Positions 26,080 to 32,000 of a DNA stretch of 32,000 nucleotides are shown here, one piece after another. Position 1 is the first letter of the stretch. Each line of letters starts with the position of its first letter. The position numbers and the translations under genes are program-made. Origin of the DNA: Candidatus Electrothrix yaqonensis (GTDB lineage: Bacteria; Desulfobacterota; Desulfobulbia; Desulfobulbales; Desulfobulbaceae); the NCBI GenBank assembly GCA_047651235.1, contig CP178758.1:2220001-2252000 (forward strand), in the 5' to 3' direction. Under the pieces are notes generated by a model. That model searched no databases. It saw only the letters and a list, made by a program, of their open reading frames with translations, and was not told the origin of the DNA.

Positions 26080-26571
26080 TTATTTCTCTTTTTCCTCTGC
26101 CTCGCAGGCATGCCGGTACGGATTGATGGTCATCACCGGACAGCAGGCGTTTTTCACCACTTTGTCCGCTACACTGCCGAACATGATCCGCTCAAGTCCT
26201 TTGTAACCGTGGGTACCCATGACAATCAGGTCGCAGGACACTCCCTGGGCATAGGCAAGGATCTCCTCGCCCACATCGCCGCTCACCACGCTGCTGTGGA
26301 CAGCGGCTGCTCCGGCTTTCATCATGTCCTCCTTTTTGCCGTCAACAAATTCATCCATCCTCTCCTGAGCCGACTTGAACAGCTCCTCTTCCAGATTGGG
26401 CAGATTGACCGGCGGAACAAAAAAACCGGAATAGTCCTCAAACGTCTGGACCACAAAGACCAGATGCAGTTCCGCGCCGAATTTTCCGGCAACATAACCT
26501 GCTGATTCTGCTATCATGTCGGCATTATCCGAAAAGTCAACAGGTGTGATGATGGTTTGAATTTCCCGCAT
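26080..26571 (-). CDS. universal stress protein (UspA family)
   Basis: AAGGAG SD upstream. Contains the motif DLIVMGTHGYKGLERIMFGSVADKVV. Confidence 0.9.
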   Translation of the reverse strand: MREIQTIITPVDFSDNADMIAESAGYVAGKFGAELHLVFVVQTFEDYSGFFVPPVNLPNLEEELFKSAQERMDEFVDGKKEDMMKAGAAAVHSSVVSGDVGEEILAYAQGVSCDLIVMGTHGYKGLERIMFGSVADKVVKNACCPVMTINPYRHACEAEEKEK

Positions 26572-26655
26572 AATGTTCTCCTTGTTTTGACAATATCTTT
26601 CTCCTCCCGGTTGCTGCCGGGATGCATATCGGTAGCGATTAGTGGCGATTAGAAA

Positions 26656-27762
26656 TTAGAAATCAACCAGCTCCACATCAAAGACCAGCCAGGCATTCGG
26701 CGGAATCACACCGCCTGCTCCCTGGGAGCCGTAGGCCAGTTTCGGCGGGATGATCAGGGTCCGTTTTTCCCCTTTCCGCATATTGGAAAGCGCTTGGTCC
26801 CAGCCCTTGATCACCCGACCGATACCCACCTCAAACTGCAGCGGTTTGCCACGGTCATAGGAGCTGTCAAATTTCTGATTATTGGAAAGCAGGCGTCCTG
26901 TGTAATGGGCACTGATCAGAGTACCAGGTGCTGGCTTCTCGCCTGTTCCTTCCTGATTGACGACCCAGTACAGCCCGGAATCACTGAAATGGGCATCAGG
27001 CCACCGTTCTTTAATCATTTTGATAATTTCTTTTTCTTCTTCTGCAGCGGAATCCTTCTCAGTCCCGGCCAGCCCTGCCTGCGCCCGGTCAAAGGCGGTT
27101 TGATCCGCCTGAAAACTTTCCGCCTCTTTGCCGACCCGGACGATTTCAATGCTGTTGATCACGTCGTTCTGGGCAATGGCATTCACGACATCCTGTCCCT
27201 CCACCACGTGACCGAAAATAGTATGTTTACCGTTCAGGTGCGGGGTGGCGACATGGGTAATAAAAAATTGGGAACCATTGGTTGCCGGACCGGCATTGGC
27301 CATGGCCAGGACACCCGGACCTGTAAAGCGGAGTTCCGGGACAATTTCATCGGCAAAGGTGTATCCGGGGCCGCCTGTTCCTGTGCCAAGCGGACACCCA
27401 CCCTGAATCATAAAGTTTTTAATCACCCGGTGAAATTTCAGACCGTCGTAGAAATGAATGCCTGTGGGCTTGTCCGCACCGCCGAATTTCAGCGTTCCTT
27501 CTGCCAGACCAACAAAGTTGATCACGGTCAGCGGCGTTTTGTCATAGTACAGATTCAGGAGAATATCCCCTTTGGCGGTTTTGATTTTTGCGTATAATCC
27601 GTCGTCCATTGTTTTTTCCTTGCTTTCTTGCGTTTCCTGAAGTTCCTGATCTGCGGCAGGTTGTTCGGTTATTGCCGAAGCAGGCCGGTGTGCAGAAACA
27701 AACAGTGCCGCCAGCATAACAGAAAGAAGAACAGGACGATGATGTGGGAGCAGTTTGCCCAT
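26656..27762 (-). CDS. periplasmic peptidyl-prolyl isomerase, cyclophilin-FKBP fusion
   Basis: I start it at MGKLLPHHRPVLLSVMLAALFVSA (GGAGG SD, signal peptide). Cyclophilin block FHRVIKNFMIQGG...NGSQFFIT. C-terminal FKBP block GWDQALSNMRKGEKRTLIIPPKLAYG. The 105-codon upstream extension is rejected. Confidence 0.9.
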   Translation of the reverse strand: MGKLLPHHRPVLLSVMLAALFVSAHRPASAITEQPAADQELQETQESKEKTMDDGLYAKIKTAKGDILLNLYYDKTPLTVINFVGLAEGTLKFGGADKPTGIHFYDGLKFHRVIKNFMIQGGCPLGTGTGGPGYTFADEIVPELRFTGPGVLAMANAGPATNGSQFFITHVATPHLNGKHTIFGHVVEGQDVVNAIAQNDVINSIEIVRVGKEAESFQADQTAFDRAQAGLAGTEKDSAAEEEKEIIKMIKERWPDAHFSDSGLYWVVNQEGTGEKPAPGTLISAHYTGRLLSNNQKFDSSYDRGKPLQFEVGIGRVIKGWDQALSNMRKGEKRTLIIPPKLAYGSQGAGGVIPPNAWLVFDVELVDF

Positions 27763-28104
27763 AGAAGCCTCCAACAGCAGATATAAGGGTTTTAAAATAA
27801 GGGTTGAATAAGGTTGTGAATGTTGGGCCGAAAAAATATCAGGCCAAGCTTTCTCCGCCTGCCTCGAAGCAGACCGGGACAGAGAAAACAATTCACGTAT
27901 AACCGGGTACAGCAACGGGTACAACAGCCCTAGGGTTGCTGGAAGACCATGATACCAGTTATCAGAAAAAAGCGAAGCATTTCTTTTACAGGTCGGCGCG
28001 TCCTTCCCCGTCCTTCCCTGTTGACGGCCTGCCGGAATCCTGTTTAACTGAGCAGCCCAGTGGACAGGCGGAAACAATACTCAATCGGCCCTGAGGAGCA
28101 AAGC

Positions 28105-29466
28105 ATGCATGGAGATACAGCACTGTACAGCCTGTATCGGACAATCGGAGCTGTTCTGCATCCTCTGCTCAGCCGTGTCGCACCCCTGCTTGACCGGTGG
28201 CAGCCGGGCTGGCAGCTTTCCCGGCGCTTCAGCGGCTACTCCGGGATGGACCTCTCAGGCAGGACCCGCCTGATCTGGATTCATGCCGCCTCAGTCGGCG
28301 AGGTACAGGCGGCCCGCGCCCTGATTGCCGTCCTTGAAGATGCAGATGCTCCTCATGCTCTGTCTGCGGACGACCAGATTTTGCTCACCACCATGACCCG
28401 GCAGGGAAGGGAACTTGCTTTGTCCCTGCTGCCCGCCCATGTGCATTGTGAACTACGTTGTGAACTGGCGCCGCCGGACACGCCGCAGGCAGTGCAGAAG
28501 GCCCTGCAACACCTGCAGCCAGCCCTGTATATCTGCCTGGAAACAGAGATCTGGCCTGTCCTGCTGACCGAAATGCGCAGAGCCGGAGTTCCCATGCTGC
28601 TGCTTAACGGCCGGATGTCCGAACGTTCATTCAACCGATATCAACGGATACAGGGCACAATGGCCGCCGTGCTTTCCGGTCTGACAGCAGTCGGCGTTAT
28701 CCGGGAACAGGACGGTGAACGGTATCGCGCTCTCGGCGTCCCTGCTGAGAGGATTCAGGTCTGCGGCAATATGAAATATGCTCTGCAGCCAGCCGATCAT
28801 GAACCGATGCAGAAAAAATACAGACAGCAGCTCACACTGAACCGGGAAACCGTTTTTCTCTGCGGCTCAACCCGCAGCGGTGAAGAAAAACTCCTGCTGC
28901 CTGTCTATGAACATCTGCAGAAAGAACAGGCCGCCGAACTGATCTGGATTATCGCGCCCCGGCATCTTTATCGTCTGCCGGAAATTCAGGCCCTGCTGGA
29001 GCAGGCAGGCCACCGGTATGACTTGTTCTCCCGCTGTGCGGACAGAGGGCGACAACATAATATTATCCTGCTCGACTGCATGGGCGAACTGGCTGATCTC
29101 TATGCCGTCGGTGATTTGATTTTCTGCGGCGGCAGCCTAGTCAATAAGGGCGGCCATAATATTATGGAGCCGGTCAGCCGGGGCAGACCGGTTTTCTTCG
29201 GCCTGTTTATGCAGGATTTTCAGGATGCGGTAGAACTTGTTCTTGCAGAAGGTGCAGGATTTCAGGTCAGCAGTGCGCAGGAACTGACCGATTGCTTGAC
29301 GCAGCTTCAGCCGGACTCGCCCGTATACCGGCAGGCCAAGGCAGCGGCAGCCCGACTTGCCCGCACCCAGCAGGGAGCTGTCCAACGGCAGGCGGAGATG
29401 GTGATGCAGGTGCTGCAGGAAGACACCAACGTTGGACACCAACAGTTTTCACGGTTTCCTTTTTAA
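28105..29466 (+). CDS. waaA: 3-deoxy-D-manno-octulosonic acid (Kdo) transferase
   Basis: LIWIHAASVGEVQAARALI is the WaaA/KdtA hallmark. GAGGAG SD lies before the ATG at 28105. Confidence 0.9.
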   Translation: MHGDTALYSLYRTIGAVLHPLLSRVAPLLDRWQPGWQLSRRFSGYSGMDLSGRTRLIWIHAASVGEVQAARALIAVLEDADAPHALSADDQILLTTMTRQGRELALSLLPAHVHCELRCELAPPDTPQAVQKALQHLQPALYICLETEIWPVLLTEMRRAGVPMLLLNGRMSERSFNRYQRIQGTMAAVLSGLTAVGVIREQDGERYRALGVPAERIQVCGNMKYALQPADHEPMQKKYRQQLTLNRETVFLCGSTRSGEEKLLLPVYEHLQKEQAAELIWIIAPRHLYRLPEIQALLEQAGHRYDLFSRCADRGRQHNIILLDCMGELADLYAVGDLIFCGGSLVNKGGHNIMEPVSRGRPVFFGLFMQDFQDAVELVLAEGAGFQVSSAQELTDCLTQLQPDSPVYRQAKAAAARLARTQQGAVQRQAEMVMQVLQEDTNVGHQQFSRFPF

Positions 29467-29661
29467 TGCCTCGGTCCGCTCCTGTTCGTACTTTTCGTAC
29501 GGTATCCTGGCCCGCTCCAGGCATTCGTTGCGCTCCTGCCCGTGCAGCGGCTCACATGCGGCAACGCGGCCATTTTCCATGAGATCATACCATGTTGCGC
29601 TACAGCCTGTGAGGTTCAACGTAAGGAGGATGCTCAGGATGTACAACAGACTGACTTGCAT
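29449..29661 (-). CDS. 70-aa lipoprotein (hypothetical)
   Basis: MQVSLLYILSILLTLNLTGC contains a lipobox (LTGC). It converges on waaA and overlaps it by 18 nt. Confidence 0.55.
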   Translation of the reverse strand: MQVSLLYILSILLTLNLTGCSATWYDLMENGRVAACEPLHGQERNECLERARIPYEKYEQERTEALKRKP

Positions 29662-29699
29662 AGTTTTTCCGGTGTTAAAATGCCGATCTGTTCTCGTAT

Positions 29700-29900
29700 T
29701 GTCCTTGGCGGGACGCTTTATTTCGATATTGAGTGAGTGTACCATAAATTACAGATTGACTCTTCTTTATTTCTGCAGAGCATCCATAATATTTTCCCAT
29801 AGTTTCTCCTTCGACTATTTCCTGAAGTCTCCGCAGACTGTATTCCACGGACCGAACTCCTTCGGGAGCATCCTCCACTGACAACCTGTTCTGTATACGC
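29700..29900 (-). pseudogene. IS5-family (DUF4096-type) transposase N-terminal fragment, multiply frameshifted
   Basis: [25 protein letters not shown] in one frame is followed by LWENIMDALQK in another. Together these match the conserved N-terminal motif of IS5-group transposases. Confidence 0.55.
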
Positions 29901-30165
29901 GGCAGTGACCCGGACGGGGCCTGTTACTGGCTGAGCCGGATGCTCGCTGGCGGGGAAGATCCGCACATTGCCCGGCGCCTGATCCGTTTTGCCAGTGAGG
30001 GGGTTGGAAGTGGCGATCAGCTGTCGACATGCCTATACGATGCTCGGTTCCCCGGAGGGAGAACTGGCCCTGTATCAGGCAATCGTGTATCTTGCCACGG
30101 CACCGAGAAGCAATACCTTGCATAATGCCTTGTATGTAACGAAAAAAAAGGTTAAGAAAGAGGTA
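29897..30165 (+). pseudogene. rarA: internal remnant of rarA/mgsA (recombination-associated AAA+ ATPase)
   Basis: [38 protein letters not shown] is followed after a frameshift by [24 protein letters not shown]. These are conserved MgsA C-terminal blocks. The AAA+ domain and the C-terminus are absent. Confidence 0.65.
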
Positions 30166-30230
30166 CGGTGCTCACACATCGATACAACTGACCAATAACA
30201 GAATCAACAGAAAATACCGGTGAGAATACA

Positions 30231-31811
30231 ATGAAAATATACCGCACAAAAAAGATGTTGCTTCCCCTGCTCCTGCTGCTGACTGTGGTACCGTCATTGC
30301 AAGCAAAGGAGTTCCTCCTGTTTTACGCCAATGATCAGCGTGGAGAGGTCGCCCCCTGCGGTTGAAAGCGTCGTCAGCTGGGCGGGCTGTCCAGAAAAGC
30401 ATTACAGATAACACGACTTGCTGAACAGGAAAAACTGCCGTCACTGTTTCTTGACAGCGGCGCACTACTCTTTCCCGGAAAAAATTTGCAGGACAGAAAA
30501 AAAGCAGCAGCAACGGTCAATGCCGAAGGTATTGTCACGGCTATGCAGGCCATGAACTGCCAGGCTGCGGGGATCTCCTCCTATGATCTGGCCGGAGGGA
30601 TCGGTCTGCTTGAGGAACTGCAGGAGCAGGGTCGGGTGACCTGGTTATCCGGAAACCTAGTTGACAGCAAGAAAAAAGAACCTGTCTTTACACCGTCTCT
30701 TTTCACGGAAGTCAACGGAATCAAAATCGCCATCCTGGGGATTACGGGCGAACAGGCAGGAGAGGCGACAGGAATCAAGGAAGCCGGATACACTATTCTG
30801 CCCTGGCAGGAAACCCTGCCGAAAATGGCGGCAGCAGCAGGAAAAAAAGCCGATATGACGATTCTGCTGTCCAGTTATCCTTACCTGGTCAATAAAGAAA
30901 TCGCCGAGTCTGTTGCCGGGGTTCACCTGATTCTTGCCTCCGGCCATGCCGTTTCTTCTTCCCATCCGTATCAAGCTGAAAATACGGTCATCGCGCAGAC
31001 CGGGGCACGCGGGAAATATCTCGGCATGATGCGAATCAACTGGACAGAAACGCAACAGTGGAGCGAAAATTTCTCCAGCCAGATCCAACAGGCCCGGAAG
31101 CAGCTGAAACAGGTTAACAGTCAGCTCGCGCGGCTGGAAAAACAAGGGGACAAGGATAAGCTGAAGAAAAATAAGCGCTATCAGAATATGCTGGCAAAAA
31201 AGAAGCAGATCAGCAAACAGATCAAAAAATTACAGGAGGACAAAGCTGCTGCGCCGGAATCGGAAACGCTCTGCAGCTTCAGCAACAAGTTTATCCCGCT
31301 GGAGACCTCGTTGCCGGAAGACCCGCAGGTGAAGAAAATAATTGATCAGACCATTCAGCAGGTGAATATGGTTAATCAGAAACATGCTCCGGTGGCTACG
31401 AAGCAGCCGACAGCCACCCTGCAGGATTTGGCTGGCTGGCAGGCCTGTCAGAAATGTCACCAGAAACAGGTGGAGTTCTGGCAGGGAACCAAACATGCAG
31501 CGGCGTGGTCCACCCTGGAGAAAAAGAACCAGCAGTTTAACGAAGAGTGTCTGATCTGTCACGTCACGCTGCCCTACTATGATGATGCACGGGTGAAAAG
31601 TGAAAACCTGCTCCTGATGTTGCCCGGCACCTTGAAAAATGTCGGCTGCGAAACCTGCCACGGCCCGGCAGCAGACCACAGCACCAAGCAGATGCCCATT
31701 CCTGTCCCTCATCCGGATGAGAAAGTATGCGCAGGATGCCATACGACAGAGCATGATGATAATTTTGTCTTTGCCGACAAGATGAAAAAAATACGCTGCC
31801 CGGAGAAATAA
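30231..31811 (+). CDS. exported tetrahaem c-type cytochrome with a 5'-nucleotidase-like N-terminal region and an in-frame TGA at codon 45
   Basis: The signal peptide MKIYRTKKMLLPLLLLLTVVPSLQA is in the same frame as ORF 30486..31811. The single stop is TGA at 30363-30365 (...EVAPCG*KRRQLGGLSRKA). Four CxxCH motifs are present: CQKCH, CLICH, CETCH, CAGCH. Confidence 0.7.
30378..30394 (+). other. hairpin 13 nt after the in-frame TGA (candidate bacterial SECIS)
   Basis: CUGGGC-GGGCU-GUCCAG forms a 6-bp stem including one G-U pair. The 5-nt loop contains G and U and starts 18 nt after the UGA. Confidence 0.3.
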
Positions 31812-32000
31812 TGCACACAAAGATCGAGCATGTTACCCGCCGGATTATCGACCGCAGCCGGACAACCCGCACCGCCTACCTAGCGCGGATGGCGGCAGCC
31901 GGCGGCACGCAGAGCAATGGCCCGTTCCGTAAACGACTGCCGTGCAGCAACTTGGCCCATGATCTGGCCGGATGCCCTTCCTGCCGTCCGGCCCTGCTTG
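31811..32000 (+). CDS. edd: phosphogluconate dehydratase, 5' partial
   Basis: MHTKIEHVTRRIIDRSRTTRTAYLARM...LPCSNLAHDLAGC parallels the E. coli Edd N-terminus (..VTNRIIERSRETRSAYLARI...LACGNLAHGFAAC). The start overlaps the cytochrome stop (TAATG). It runs off the window. Confidence 0.8.
   Translation, partial: MHTKIEHVTRRIIDRSRTTRTAYLARMAAAGGTQSNGPFRKRLPCSNLAHDLAGCPSCRPALL

Noticed and set aside
1-32000. Search by eye for CRISPR arrays, tRNA or rRNA genes and integrase or att sites
   Set aside because: I saw no regularly spaced repeat-spacer structure, no cloverleaf-like or rRNA-like segment and no tyrosine or serine recombinase ORF. The only regular arrays are the 21-bp, 18-bp and 13-bp repeats reported above.

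Overview
This 32-kb window looks like chromosomal DNA from a Gram-negative anaerobe. My guess is Desulfobacterota-like, based on gene content, and that is inference only. Ordinary housekeeping genes are interleaved with decayed mobile and accessory DNA.

Housekeeping genes I can support:
- LysR regulator
- ABC-F ATPase
- LolCDE-like ABC permease, ATPase and an outer-membrane-like protein
- DUF1015 protein
- thyX
- YitT-family protein
- DUF1810 protein
- ECF-type ATPase
- Usp
- cyclophilin-FKBP fusion
- waaA
- a four-haem cytochrome
- the 5' end of edd

Accessory and decayed content:
- Remnants of four IS families. These are an ISKra4-like fragment, an apparently intact IS200-type tnpA with flanking hairpins, two copies of a ~525-bp internally deleted ISAzo13 derivative, and an IS5-like fragment.
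- Several toxin-antitoxin relics: a PIN/VapC 3' remnant, a HepT/DUF86 relic, an orphan HigA-like gene, and tiny overlapping ORF pairs.
- A rarA remnant.

Most notable observations:
1. The two mini-ISAzo13 copies bracket a 687-bp two-gene cargo and interrupt the 3' end of a TPR-like gene. The 3-bp flanks fit a composite-transposon or cointegrate origin.
2. A membrane-embedded NACHT STAND NTPase sits divergent to an orphan HigA-like regulator.
3. The exported cytochrome gene has an in-frame TGA at a position where I expect Cys, with a hairpin just downstream. It is either a selenocysteine candidate or a fresh nonsense mutation.
4. About 13 phased 21-bp repeats lie upstream of a small gene.
5. 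A ~1.65-kb low-GC insert is flanked by 7-bp direct repeats.

I saw no rRNA, tRNA or CRISPR array. All family names come from recognising motifs by eye. No database search was run.
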